DNA of 64,000 nucleotides from Alphaproteobacteria bacterium MarineAlpha9_Bin3 (GTDB lineage: Bacteria; Pseudomonadota; Alphaproteobacteria; TMED109): positions 8,781 to 72,780 of the forward strand of contig PTKH01000005.1 in NCBI GenBank assembly GCA_002937655.1, written 5' to 3'. The notes below the pieces were generated by a model. The model worked only from the letters and a program-made list of their open reading frames with translations. It was not told the DNA's origin and made no database searches. The first letter of the stretch is position 1. Each line of letters begins with the position of its first letter. Below, piece by piece: positions 20,625-30,482 of the stretch. A program made the position numbers and the translations under genes.

Positions 20625-21552
20625 ACATGGTGCCTTGGGAGATATAATACTTGCTGGTTCTGCTATGCAAGCTATAAGAAATTATCATAGAAATGATAAT
20701 ATTATTTGCTTAACTACAGCTGCATTTGAAGGTTTATTAAATTCTTCTCCTTGGTTTGATAATGTCTTTGTGGATTCTAAGCCAAAATGGAATAATCTTA
20801 AAGATTGGAGTGTATTAAAGAATTTTTTTAATAAATATAATTTTATAAAAGTTTACGATCTTCAGACTTCAACGAGATCAAATTTATATTTTTATTTTTT
20901 TTATATATATAAAAATTGTAATTGGTCCGGAATAGCTATTGGTAGTAAATATAGGCATAAAAATAAGAATAGGAAAACTATGCATACTATTTATAGACAA
21001 AAGGAACAATTAAAATTTGCCGGTATTAAATATAATTACTTCCCTGATTGGGGATGGTTGGCTATTAATTATCAGAATAAAAGTATTTTACAAAAAGAGA
21101 AATTTGTAATTATTGTTGCTGGTACAGCAAAACATAGAATAAATAAGAGATGGCCAGAAGATAATTTTGCTCATTTAATTGAATCCTTATCTAATATTGG
21201 AATTAAATCAATCCTAGTAGGAGGTAAGGAAGAATTTAAATATATAAATAATATTATTAATAAAATTAAAAAGACGATAAAATTTATGCCTTTAAATTAT
21301 GCCGGTAAAACTTCTTTTAAAGATTTAGTTTATTTAAGTAAGTATGCATCTTGCGCTATTGGAAATGATACAGGGCCAATGCATTTATTAGCTTCTAGTG
21401 GATTAAAGTCTATAGTATTATTTGGGGCGGGATCTAATCCTGATTTATGTGCACCATTGGGAAAAAACGTTCGTATTATAAATGAAAAATATATTACGGA
21501 CATAACTGTTGAAAATGTATTTAAAGTTATGAAAAAAATAGGAATAGATTGA
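20599..21552 (+). CDS. glycosyltransferase family 9 (heptosyltransferase-like)
   Basis: IKHGALGDIIL N-terminal and GNDTGPMHL C-terminal GT9 motifs. Confidence 0.8.
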   Translation: MKNNILVIKHGALGDIILAGSAMQAIRNYHRNDNIICLTTAAFEGLLNSSPWFDNVFVDSKPKWNNLKDWSVLKNFFNKYNFIKVYDLQTSTRSNLYFYFFYIYKNCNWSGIAIGSKYRHKNKNRKTMHTIYRQKEQLKFAGIKYNYFPDWGWLAINYQNKSILQKEKFVIIVAGTAKHRINKRWPEDNFAHLIESLSNIGIKSILVGGKEEFKYINNIINKIKKTIKFMPLNYAGKTSFKDLVYLSKYASCAIGNDTGPMHLLASSGLKSIVLFGAGSNPDLCAPLGKNVRIINEKYITDITVENVFKVMKKIGID

Positions 21553-21677
21553 AAATTATATAAAATAATATATAGATAATTAAAATAGGATTAATTTATC
21601 AAATTTTTATTTGTTTTTATTAATAAACTATGTATTTTTTATAATATTTGAATATTTTAATTTAGAGGAGCAGAAGT

Positions 21678-22271
21678 ATAAATAAAAAAACTGGCAAACA
21701 AAATCCCTTTTCTGAAGATTTACACAAAATCAACAATCAAATTACAACAGATCCTATAAGAGTTATAGATAGTGAGGGTGCAATGCTTGGAATATTGCCT
21801 TTGAAAGAAGCAATTGAAAAAGCAGAAGATCAGGGTTTGGATTTAGTAGAAGTATCTCCTAATGCAAAACCTCCTGTCTGTAAGATTATTGAATATGGTA
21901 AATTTAAATATGCTGCGCAGAAGAAAGCAGCAGAAGCGAGAAAAAAACAAAAAACTGTAGAGGTCAAAGAGATTAAATTTCGACCTAATATAGATACAAA
22001 CGACTACGAAATAAAGATGAGAAGTGTAAGAAAATTTATAAATGCTGGAGATAAAGTAAAAATTACAATGCGTTTTAGAGGTAGAGAAATGACACACCAA
22101 GATATTGGGGTTAAGGTTCTTAGGCGTATAAGAGAAGATTTAGATACTACCGTAAAAATTGAACAATTTCCTAAATTAGAGGGAAGACAGATGGTTCAAG
22201 TTTTCGCACCAAATATATCTGATAAGGTTAATAATAAAAGTGAGAAGAGACCGACGCCTGAAAAAGATTAA
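21678..22271 (+). CDS. infC: translation initiation factor IF-3, non-canonical ATA start
   Basis: The track ORF starts at an internal Met (21783). The frame is open back to 21666 and encodes the conserved INNQITTDPIRVIDSEGAMLGI N-domain. The only plausible initiator upstream is ATA 21678, 7 nt after GAGGAG. Confidence 0.85.
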   Translation: MNKKTGKQNPFSEDLHKINNQITTDPIRVIDSEGAMLGILPLKEAIEKAEDQGLDLVEVSPNAKPPVCKIIEYGKFKYAAQKKAAEARKKQKTVEVKEIKFRPNIDTNDYEIKMRSVRKFINAGDKVKITMRFRGREMTHQDIGVKVLRRIREDLDTTVKIEQFPKLEGRQMVQVFAPNISDKVNNKSEKRPTPEKD

Positions 22272-22365
22272 TAAATCCTATAAATTCTCTTTTATAACTT
22301 GCATATTTTGTTATAGATATATATATAGGACCTCTAAATATTAAGGATTTTTAAGGAAAATAGAA

Positions 22366-22569
22366 ATGCCTAAGATTAAAACAAAAAGTGGTGCAAAAAA
22401 GAGATTTAGCTTAACAAGTTCTGGAAAAGTAAAAATGAATCAGGCAGGTAAGAGACATGGAATGATAAAGAGAACTACTAAATTTATTAGAAATGCTAGA
22501 GGTTCTACTGTAATGGTAGATGCCGATGCTAAAATAGTAAAAAAGAATTTTTTAAGAAATAGCTTATAA
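22366..22569 (+). CDS. rpmI: 50S ribosomal protein L35
   Basis: 67 aa, [14 protein letters not shown]. In infC-rpmI-rplT synteny. Confidence 0.95.
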   Translation: MPKIKTKSGAKKRFSLTSSGKVKMNQAGKRHGMIKRTTKFIRNARGSTVMVDADAKIVKKNFLRNSL

Positions 22570-22594
22570 AAATTATTGATGAAGAGGAAATAAA

Positions 22595-22945
22595 ATGTCT
22601 AGAGTTAAGCGTGGAGTTACTGCTCACAGTAGACACTTGAAAGTTATAAAAGCTGCAAAAGGTTCAAGAGGTAGACAAAAGAATACATTTCGTGCAGCTA
22701 TTCAAAGGATTGAGAAAAGTGGTCAATATGCTTATAGAGATAGAAAAGCTAAAAAGAGAACTTTTAGAGGTTTATGGATACAAAGAATCAATGCTGCTGC
22801 AAGAGAATTAGGTATGACTTATGGAGTCCTTATTAATAAATTAAATACAGCGGGTTTTGATATAAATAGAAAGATGTTAGCTGATCTAGCTGTAAGAGAA
22901 CCAGAATCTTTTAAATCTATAGTAGAAAAAGTAAAGAATTCCTAA
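22595..22945 (+). CDS. rplT: 50S ribosomal protein L20
   Basis: 116 aa, [14 protein letters not shown]. Confidence 0.95.
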   Translation: MSRVKRGVTAHSRHLKVIKAAKGSRGRQKNTFRAAIQRIEKSGQYAYRDRKAKKRTFRGLWIQRINAAARELGMTYGVLINKLNTAGFDINRKMLADLAVREPESFKSIVEKVKNS

Positions 22946-23049
22946 AAATTATCAATATATATAGGCTTTTTTATAATCTTAAATTATAATAATTTTAATT
23001 AAAAATTATTTAATTCTATATATTTATTAAATGAAGAGTTTGAGTAATA

Positions 23050-24141
23050 ATGTCTAACATTAAAGATATCGAAAATAATATATTAGCCAATATATTTAAA
23101 ACCAATTCATCTGAAGGTTTACAGAAAATAAAAATTAGCGAGTTAGGAAAAAAAGGACGAATTACTCTTTTAATGAAGTCTTTATCAAAAGCTACTAATG
23201 ATGAAAAAAAAGTTTTAGGTAAAAGTTATAATGAATTACGTATTAATGTATTAAAAGCATTTGAATTAAAAGAACAAGAAATTAAAGATGTAAATATAAT
23301 CAATAGGATAAAAAATGAAAAATTAGATGTTACTCTTTCAATTAGACCTGGAGAAAATAATGACGAAGGAAAAATTCATCCTATAAGTAGGACAATTGAT
23401 TCAATAATTGATATATTTGCAAATGATAATTTTACAGTTGAAACAGGCCCACATATTGAAAATGACTTTAATAATTTTACTGCTTTAAATATTCCAGATG
23501 ATCATCCAGCAAGACAAGATCATGATACATTTTATATTAAAGATAGAAATAATATAGAAAGAAAATTGCTAAGAACTCACACTTCACCAGTTCAGATAAG
23601 AACAATGGTTAATCAAAATCCTCCAATTAGAATAATTGCACCAGGCCGTACTTTTAGGTGTGATGATGATGCAACGCATTCCCCGATGTTCCACCAAATT
23701 GAAGGATTAGTAATTGATAAAAATATTAATATGGGGCACTTAAAGGGGCTTATAAAGTCTTTTTGCGAAGAATTTTTTGAAGTAAGTAACTTGCCAGTTA
23801 GATTTAGACCTTCATATTTTCCATTTACTGAGCCTAGTGCAGAAATTGATATTGGATATAACAAAAAAGGTAATACTATAAAAATAGGAGAGGGTTCAGA
23901 TTGGCTAGAAGTTATGGGATGTGGCATGGTGCATCCAAAAGTTTTAATTAATTGTGGCTTAGACCCTAAAGAATGGCAAGGGTTTGCTTTTGGTTTAGGT
24001 GTAGAGAGGTTTGCAATGCTTAAGCATGGTATATCTGACTTAAGAAACTTTTACGAAGGAGATATTCGCTGGTTAGATCATTATGGTTTTAATTTAATAG
24101 GTGGGCCTTCAAATACCTGGTTAAATTTTAAGGAGGACTAA
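23050..24141 (+). CDS. pheS: phenylalanine--tRNA ligase alpha subunit
   Basis: Class II aaRS motifs (FRCDDDATHSPMFHQIEG, GFAFGLGVERFAML). Confidence 0.95.
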   Translation: MSNIKDIENNILANIFKTNSSEGLQKIKISELGKKGRITLLMKSLSKATNDEKKVLGKSYNELRINVLKAFELKEQEIKDVNIINRIKNEKLDVTLSIRPGENNDEGKIHPISRTIDSIIDIFANDNFTVETGPHIENDFNNFTALNIPDDHPARQDHDTFYIKDRNNIERKLLRTHTSPVQIRTMVNQNPPIRIIAPGRTFRCDDDATHSPMFHQIEGLVIDKNINMGHLKGLIKSFCEEFFEVSNLPVRFRPSYFPFTEPSAEIDIGYNKKGNTIKIGEGSDWLEVMGCGMVHPKVLINCGLDPKEWQGFAFGLGVERFAMLKHGISDLRNFYEGDIRWLDHYGFNLIGGPSNTWLNFKED

Positions 24142-24144
24142 GAA

Positions 24145-26553
24145 TTGAAATTTTCTTTGTCATGGCTATCTGAGCATATAGAATTATTACCAAATACTAA
24201 TACAGAAATAATAAGTAATAGTTTAACTAATTTAGGATTAGAAGTAGAAGCTGTATTAGATTCCTCAGAACAACTAAAAGGTTTTATAATTGCAAAAATT
24301 ATTGAGATTACTCCTCATCCTAATGCAGATAAATTAAATATATGTAAAGTGGAAATTGGTGATAAAAAACTATCAGTAGTATGTGGTGCTACTAATGTAA
24401 GAAATGGTTTAAAGGTAGTTTTTGCTCCAATAGGAGTAACAATCCCTTTAAATGGGCTTGTATTAAAAAGAAAAGATATTAGAGGTTTTACTGGGGAAGG
24501 AATGTTGTGCTCTGCTGAAGAATTATGTCTTGAAGAAAAAAGTAATGGAATAATTGAATTAACTGAAGATGCTCCTGTTGGAAATATTTATGCAGACTGG
24601 GTTGGTCTCTCTGATCCTATATTTGAAATTGGACTTACTCCAAATAGAGGAGACTGTGCTAGTGTTTTAGGAATTGCTAGAGAATTAGCATCTATAGGGT
24701 TAGGAAAATTAAAAAATAATACTAAAGAGGCAATAAAAGGTAATTATAAATCACCAATTGAATGGAATATAAAATTAGATTCTAAAAATAAAAGTGCTTG
24801 TCCCTATGTAGTAGGAAGACATTTTAAAGGTTTAAAAAATATTGAGAGTCCAGATTGGTTAAAAAAGCGGCTAAAATCAATAGGCCTAAAACCTATTTCT
24901 GCACTGGTTGATCTTACAAATTTTATAACTTTTGATTTGGGGAGACCATTACATGTTTTTGATGCACAAAAACTTTCAGGAAATTTATGCATTAGGATGG
25001 GAATTTCTGGAGAAAAAATACTAGCTTTAGATGGAAAAAATTATAATTTGGATGAAAAAATCATGATGATTTCTGATAGTGATAATGCTGTTTCAATTGC
25101 AGGAGTTATGGGAGGAGAGGATAGTTCCTGTGATGAAAATACTACCGAAATGTTTTTAGAGTCAGCTTATTTTAATCCCAAAAATGTTACTACTTCTGGA
25201 AGAAGTTTAAATATTCAATCTGATGCTAGATATCGTTTTGAAAGAGGAGTGGATCCTACTTTTGTTGATGAAGGAGTCAATATTATGACTCATTTAGTAA
25301 AAGCAATATGTGGCGGAGAAGTTAGTGAATTAGTAACAGCTGGAAAAATAAATCTTAAAAAAAGACAAGTTCAGTATAGTTACTCTGAAGTTAATAAACT
25401 AGGTGGTATCGAGGTTGATAAAAATAAGCAAGATGAAATTTTAAAAAGTTTAGGATTTCAAATAGAAAATAAAGGAGATAAAGCAAACTTATTGATTCCT
25501 CATTGGAGACATGATGTGAAGGATGAAATAGATATAGTTGAGGAAGTAATAAGAATTTATGGTTATGATAATTTAAAAGAATTTCCATTAAGCTATAGTT
25601 CTAATAATAAAAATGCTGTACTGAGTTTTGATGAGTATAGAAATAGATTAATTAGCCAAGCCTTGATTAAGCGCGGTTTATATGAATCTGTAACTTTTTC
25701 ATTTATATCTTTGAAAGACCATCAGTTATATTCTGATAATGATATACTGGTAGAACTAGATAATCCAATTTCTGAAGATCTTTCGATTATGCGACAATCA
25801 TTATTACCAAATTTAATTAATAATTTTATTAAAAACTATAATAAGGGATTAAATAATTCTGGTTTATATGAAGTTGGCCCAATTTACTTAGGAAGTGGAG
25901 AAAAGGAACAAATTTCATGCTCAGCAGGAATTAGATCGGGCGCAGTTACAGAGAGGCATTGGGCAATAAAAGATAGGGAGTTTGATATTTATGATTCAAA
26001 GAAAGATGCTTATAAAGCTTTGGAAGCAGGGGGAATTAATTTATCTAGTATTAAATTGAATACTACTGTTCCTAAATGGTATCATCCGGGTCGTGCCGCT
26101 TCTATAACTTTAGGTAAAAATTTATTGGGTTATTTTGGTGAACTTCATCCTAAATATTCTGAAATTTATGGAATGAGAATTATGTGTTTTGAATTGTTTC
26201 ATAATCAATTTCCTAAGACTAATAAAAAGAAGTTTAATAAAGAATATGTCACATATAGTTTAATGCCTATAAAACGAGATTTTGCTTTTATTACTGATAT
26301 GGATATACCAGCAGATGATTTAGTTAAATCTGTAAAAAAATCACTTAGTAATTTAAATAATATTAAAATATTGAATGTAAATTTATTTGATGTATATGAA
26401 AAAGAGCTTTCTGTTAGTAAGCAAAAATCACTTGCTCTTGAAGTTATGTTACAGCCTATAGAAAAAACCCTTACTGATATACAAATAAAGGAAATTTCTA
26501 ATACAATAGTAGAATCTGTAAAGAAGGATACTAATGCTATACTTAGAGACTAA
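24145..26553 (+). CDS. pheT: phenylalanine--tRNA ligase beta subunit
   Basis: 802 aa, TTG start 3 nt after pheS. tRNA-binding, B3/4, B5 and C-terminal FDX-ACB domains are colinear. Confidence 0.95.
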   Translation: MKFSLSWLSEHIELLPNTNTEIISNSLTNLGLEVEAVLDSSEQLKGFIIAKIIEITPHPNADKLNICKVEIGDKKLSVVCGATNVRNGLKVVFAPIGVTIPLNGLVLKRKDIRGFTGEGMLCSAEELCLEEKSNGIIELTEDAPVGNIYADWVGLSDPIFEIGLTPNRGDCASVLGIARELASIGLGKLKNNTKEAIKGNYKSPIEWNIKLDSKNKSACPYVVGRHFKGLKNIESPDWLKKRLKSIGLKPISALVDLTNFITFDLGRPLHVFDAQKLSGNLCIRMGISGEKILALDGKNYNLDEKIMMISDSDNAVSIAGVMGGEDSSCDENTTEMFLESAYFNPKNVTTSGRSLNIQSDARYRFERGVDPTFVDEGVNIMTHLVKAICGGEVSELVTAGKINLKKRQVQYSYSEVNKLGGIEVDKNKQDEILKSLGFQIENKGDKANLLIPHWRHDVKDEIDIVEEVIRIYGYDNLKEFPLSYSSNNKNAVLSFDEYRNRLISQALIKRGLYESVTFSFISLKDHQLYSDNDILVELDNPISEDLSIMRQSLLPNLINNFIKNYNKGLNNSGLYEVGPIYLGSGEKEQISCSAGIRSGAVTERHWAIKDREFDIYDSKKDAYKALEAGGINLSSIKLNTTVPKWYHPGRAASITLGKNLLGYFGELHPKYSEIYGMRIMCFELFHNQFPKTNKKKFNKEYVTYSLMPIKRDFAFITDMDIPADDLVKSVKKSLSNLNNIKILNVNLFDVYEKELSVSKQKSLALEVMLQPIEKTLTDIQIKEISNTIVESVKKDTNAILRD

Positions 26554-26555
26554 TT

Positions 26556-26645
26556 GGAGGGGTGGCCGAGCGGTCGAAGGCGCACGCTTGGAAAGCGTGT
26601 ATACAGGAAACTGTATCGTGGGTTCGAATCCCATCTCCTCCGCCA
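26556..26645 (+). tRNA. tRNA-Ser (anticodon GGA), long variable arm, encoded CCA
   Basis: Hand-folded. Acceptor GGAGGGG/CTCCTCC, anticodon stem CACGC/GCGTG with loop TTGGAAA, T-arm GTGGG-TTCGAAT-CCCAT, then G-CCA. Confidence 0.9.
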
Positions 26646-26676
26646 TAATTACATTTTTTATAGTAAAGCTTATTAA

Positions 26677-26790
26677 ATGATTATTTGGCTAACCAGAATT
26701 TCAGGCTCTGGTAAAAAAATTAATTCAATTGAAATACATAATGTAAGTGATTTGAGAAGTTATTTTTATGGAGATAGAGATAAATTTTGA
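26677..26790 (+). pseudogene. 37-codon remnant resembling the N-terminus of adenylyl-sulfate (APS) kinase
   Basis: [14 protein letters not shown]...SYFYGDRDKF is colinear with the CysC N-terminus (VLWFTGLSGSGKS...SYVLDGDNIR) but stops after 37 aa. The Walker A is degraded (GKK). The stop overlaps the TTG of the next gene. Confidence 0.5.
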
Positions 26791-27530
26791 AAAATATTTT
26801 AAATTTTTTAGATAAATATTCTGCAAAAAGCGACACTTACACATTTAAGTTTTTTGGTAGGCCTTTAGCATATTTTTTATCTGAATTTATGTCTAAGTAT
26901 GTAACTGCCAATCAAGTTACTTATTTTAGAGCAGTTCTAGTTATAATTTCCTTATCATTTATTGCAATTGATCATAATATTTATTTTAATATAGGAGTTT
27001 TATTATTTTTCTTAAATATTGTTTTTGATGCTGTAGATGGGCAAATTGCTAGAAAAAAAAATAATGCATCATATTGGGGTAAATTTTTAGATGGTTACAT
27101 TGATTCAGTATCATATGCTTTGTTACCATTTGTTTGTGCTATAAATTTACTTTTAAAAGATACCTCTTCTCTAGATATAATTTTATGTCTTTTACTCTTT
27201 TATAGTTCTTTATTGTATTTATTAGAATGTTTTTTTAGAGAAAGATTAGTATTTTATCGAGAATGGATAATAAAAGAAAATATTAATTTAAAAGAAAAAT
27301 TATTTTTTAATTCTAGAATCAATATTTATTTAGCAAATACATTTTATGATTTGGTTCATCTTTTATTGCTAGGTGTCTTAATTTTAGTGCCGTTAAAGGT
27401 ATTTTATTCATGTATAGTTATAATATATATTTATACAGTTACTATAAGGTTAATAGCCTTAGTTATTGTAGCTTCCAATAACTTAAGAGTACATAGAAAA
27501 AGTAAATTTAAACCAGCAAAAGATATTTAA
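26787..27530 (+). CDS. CDP-alcohol phosphatidyltransferase-family membrane protein
   Basis: Exact family signature DG-x2-AR-x8-G-x3-D-x3-D (DGQIARKKNNASYWGKFLDGYID). Multiple TM helices; TTG start. Confidence 0.8.
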   Translation: MKNILNFLDKYSAKSDTYTFKFFGRPLAYFLSEFMSKYVTANQVTYFRAVLVIISLSFIAIDHNIYFNIGVLLFFLNIVFDAVDGQIARKKNNASYWGKFLDGYIDSVSYALLPFVCAINLLLKDTSSLDIILCLLLFYSSLLYLLECFFRERLVFYREWIIKENINLKEKLFFNSRINIYLANTFYDLVHLLLLGVLILVPLKVFYSCIVIIYIYTVTIRLIALVIVASNNLRVHRKSKFKPAKDI

Positions 27531-27535
27531 ATTGA

Positions 27536-28978
27536 TTAAGGACCTTTAAAATCGTTTTCACTTTTTTCTATATAGCTAATATAGTTATCATCAGTTATTA
27601 ACCAAATTTTACCATCATTACTTACTTTCATGTCTCTTATTCTAAAATCAAGCGATTTAAAGTTATCTTTAATAGTAATATCTCCTAAAAATATTTTATC
27701 CATATTATTGGCATGTTTTTTGTCATAATCAATATTAACGATATATAAAGAATTACTAACTAATGAAGCTACTAATGTTTTATTTGTCCAACGTTTAAAA
27801 TACTCACTATTATAAACTATTATTTCACTTATTCCTATTGATGGAGAAAAATAATATATAGGTTCTTCATAAGGATATTCATGTGACTTAGACATCTCTA
27901 TATCTTCATTATATGCAAAGCCATAAGATACAACAGGCCAACCATAATTACGTCCTTGATATAAAATGTTAATTTCATCTCCTCCATTTGGCCCATGTTC
28001 AGATCCAATAATATATTTCTCCTTAATATATAATCCTTGAGGATTCCTATTACCCATAGTATAAATAGAAGACTTACCCTGATTATCTATTAGGATAGTT
28101 TTCCCAAAATGAGAATTAGGATTCTGAGAAACATGATTATTTTTATATTCTTGTTCGTTCTCTTTTAAAATATCTGTATGAGAAGGTTGAAAATCTCCAA
28201 TTGATAATAAAATATTATTTTCATCTATTCGTTGTATTCTTCCACCAGATGGATCAGGATTAGGCTCTTTGACACAGCTAGGAGTTTTATAAAATAATTT
28301 AAATATAATAGGATTATTGATATCTATTGGTTCTGACTCAAATACCATCAGACCCTTGCAGGCTGGATCGTTTTTACTAGAAAAATAGGAAGATACATAT
28401 AGTTTATGATTATCATCTAAAAATATATCTCTAATTCCAAATTCAGTCTCGTTAATACAGTCATTAAAAGAATGTTTTTTAATAATAGAGCAATAATTTG
28501 ACTGAATTTTTTTAAAACTATTTTCGCTATAATTAAATAAAGCAAAGTTTCCAATACTATAATGCATCAAAATAGTTTCATTATCTAAAAAGTCTATATA
28601 TGGCATATTTGATGGTATATATTTATTGTCGTCAATACTCAAAAATTCAGTGTCATATATATTTAAATTTAATACATGTGCTCCTGAAATAATCTCATCT
28701 TCTAATTCATATTTATTTACAGTAACAGATTGATTATTTTCTAATTTCTCTCTCTTAATAATATTACGCTTATAATTTTTATGGTTATAATTATATTTTT
28801 TATCATATATTAATTTAAATGGATGAGTTATTATTTTAAACTTATTATTGTAGGCATTATGTATATTTGATTTAGTTGATGGGGGAAGTATTATGAAAAT
28901 GATTATTAAGAAAGAAATTAATATTAAAATAAAAAATAAATAGAGTTTTTTTTTAAAATAATTCATTATTTTTCTCAT
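27536..28978 (-). CDS. membrane-anchored PQQ-dependent (soluble glucose/sorbosone dehydrogenase-like) beta-propeller protein
   Basis: N-terminal TM helix. GNRNPQGL and EHGPNGGDEINILYQGRNYGWP motifs of the GSDH family. Confidence 0.65.
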   Translation of the reverse strand: MRKIMNYFKKKLYLFFILILISFLIIIFIILPPSTKSNIHNAYNNKFKIITHPFKLIYDKKYNYNHKNYKRNIIKREKLENNQSVTVNKYELEDEIISGAHVLNLNIYDTEFLSIDDNKYIPSNMPYIDFLDNETILMHYSIGNFALFNYSENSFKKIQSNYCSIIKKHSFNDCINETEFGIRDIFLDDNHKLYVSSYFSSKNDPACKGLMVFESEPIDINNPIIFKLFYKTPSCVKEPNPDPSGGRIQRIDENNILLSIGDFQPSHTDILKENEQEYKNNHVSQNPNSHFGKTILIDNQGKSSIYTMGNRNPQGLYIKEKYIIGSEHGPNGGDEINILYQGRNYGWPVVSYGFAYNEDIEMSKSHEYPYEEPIYYFSPSIGISEIIVYNSEYFKRWTNKTLVASLVSNSLYIVNIDYDKKHANNMDKIFLGDITIKDNFKSLDFRIRDMKVSNDGKIWLITDDNYISYIEKSENDFKGP

Positions 28979-29066
28979 ATATACTATTTTTATTTTAAAA
29001 ATGATTTAAAAAGGCCATTACATACCGAATGAATTATGATTATATTAATATAACTAAGTGCCTTAT

Positions 29067-29093
29067 AAAGTTATGTCAAGAAAGTTATGTCAA
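29067..29093. repeat. tandem direct repeat AAAGTTATGTCAA-G-AAAGTTATGTCAA
   Basis: Two identical 13-mers (29067-29079 and 29081-29093) in a 225-nt divergent intergenic region. Confidence 0.6.
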
Positions 29094-29129
29094 ATTATAA
29101 ATAGAATTAATTATAAATATATTTAATTG

Positions 29130-29159
29130 ATGCATAAATATATTTTATAGGTTATGCAT
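29130..29159. repeat. inverted repeat ATGCATAA-N14-TTATGCAT
   Basis: Perfect 8-bp arms at 29130-29137 and 29152-29159, 45 nt upstream of ATG 29204. Confidence 0.55.
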
Positions 29160-29203
29160 GCTTCTGAAGTAAAATTATTAATAAAAATTTTGTAAGAAAT
29201 ATT

Positions 29204-30436
29204 ATGTTAAAAATCGATTCGAAAATTTCTATATTGATTCCTACTAGAAATAGAAGTGGTTTTCTTAATAGAGCTTTAAAATATTATGCAAAAATGAAAT
29301 TTAAATGTTTCTTTATTATTGGTGATAGTAGTACTGAAATCTCTGAAAAGGATCGTACTGAAGAAGTATGTAATTTTTATAGAAAAAATTTGAATATAAA
29401 ATATGTTCATTATGCAGGAGACATAGGTTTTGGGAAAAAACTATCAGAAATGTGTAATTTATCTACTAATACCTATACCGCTATTATAGGAGATGATGAT
29501 TTTATAGTTCATAAAGGACTTCTAGAATGTTCAAAATTTTTAGATAATAATGATGATACCGTTGGAGTTTATGGAGAGAGACTAGGTTTAATGATGGTTG
29601 ATGATCCTAATAAAACATCTAATTGGTATGCATCTAGACAATTTAGATTTAAAAATATAATTGGTAAAAATTTTTTAGAAAGAATACATATACTAGAAAC
29701 CCCTTCTTGGAGTCAACATATCTATAGCTTGTATAGAACTGATGTTATTAAAACAAGTTTAGATACTATTAAGAATTTAGATTATAGTTCTAGTAATGAG
29801 TATTTATTATATATGTCTATAGCAATAGCTGGTAATTGGGTAAAACTTGACAATTTATATGCTATTTGCGGCTTTGAAACAAAAGTATTTCAGTATAGAG
29901 ATCGAGAATCATTCCCCCATTATTGGGGTAATGTGGGCTCAAAATTAAAACAGCTATCCCATTTAAATTTTTCAAAAGATTTAACAATTGCTGTTGAGAA
30001 TATTTCAAAATTATATTCAGGAAGAATAAAGAAGGAAAAGTTAAAAGAAGAATTATTAATATGCTTTTGGCTTAAAAATAGCTTATTTTTATCTAATAGT
30101 TTAGCTTTTGCGGGGCACAATAAAACTTCATTTTTTTTGAATAGACTATATAAATCGTTACTTAATTATAATATAATATCTTTTGGTATTAATTTATTTA
30201 AAGCTATTTTTACTAAAATATTCTGGTCTATATTTTTTGATAAAAGTAATTCTTTTGGTATATATCAAAAAAAGCAATCTAATTTTATATTTATAATTAC
30301 AACAATTTTACATTTTTCTAATTTAAAATATACACTAAAAAATTTGCTAAATAAGAAACATTTATATCATCGAGATTTTATGGATGTATTTGAGATATGG
30401 TTAGAATTTCCTATGGGAAAGAAATTAAATAAATAG
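29204..30436 (+). CDS. glycosyltransferase family 2-like protein with hydrophobic C-terminal region
   Basis: ISILIPTRNRSGFL N-terminus and GDDDF (DxD) motif; 410 aa. Confidence 0.6.
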   Translation: MLKIDSKISILIPTRNRSGFLNRALKYYAKMKFKCFFIIGDSSTEISEKDRTEEVCNFYRKNLNIKYVHYAGDIGFGKKLSEMCNLSTNTYTAIIGDDDFIVHKGLLECSKFLDNNDDTVGVYGERLGLMMVDDPNKTSNWYASRQFRFKNIIGKNFLERIHILETPSWSQHIYSLYRTDVIKTSLDTIKNLDYSSSNEYLLYMSIAIAGNWVKLDNLYAICGFETKVFQYRDRESFPHYWGNVGSKLKQLSHLNFSKDLTIAVENISKLYSGRIKKEKLKEELLICFWLKNSLFLSNSLAFAGHNKTSFFLNRLYKSLLNYNIISFGINLFKAIFTKIFWSIFFDKSNSFGIYQKKQSNFIFIITTILHFSNLKYTLKNLLNKKHLYHRDFMDVFEIWLEFPMGKKLNK

Positions 30437-30482
30437 TTTAGTTTAATATTTATTATTGTATTATTAAGTAAGGAATTTTCAT

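Noticed and set aside
22272-22365. Possible L20-binding translational operator or leader upstream of rpmI-rplT
   Set aside because: I could not fold a convincing pseudoknot or stem by eye in this 94-nt AT-rich spacer. The known leaders are lineage-specific.
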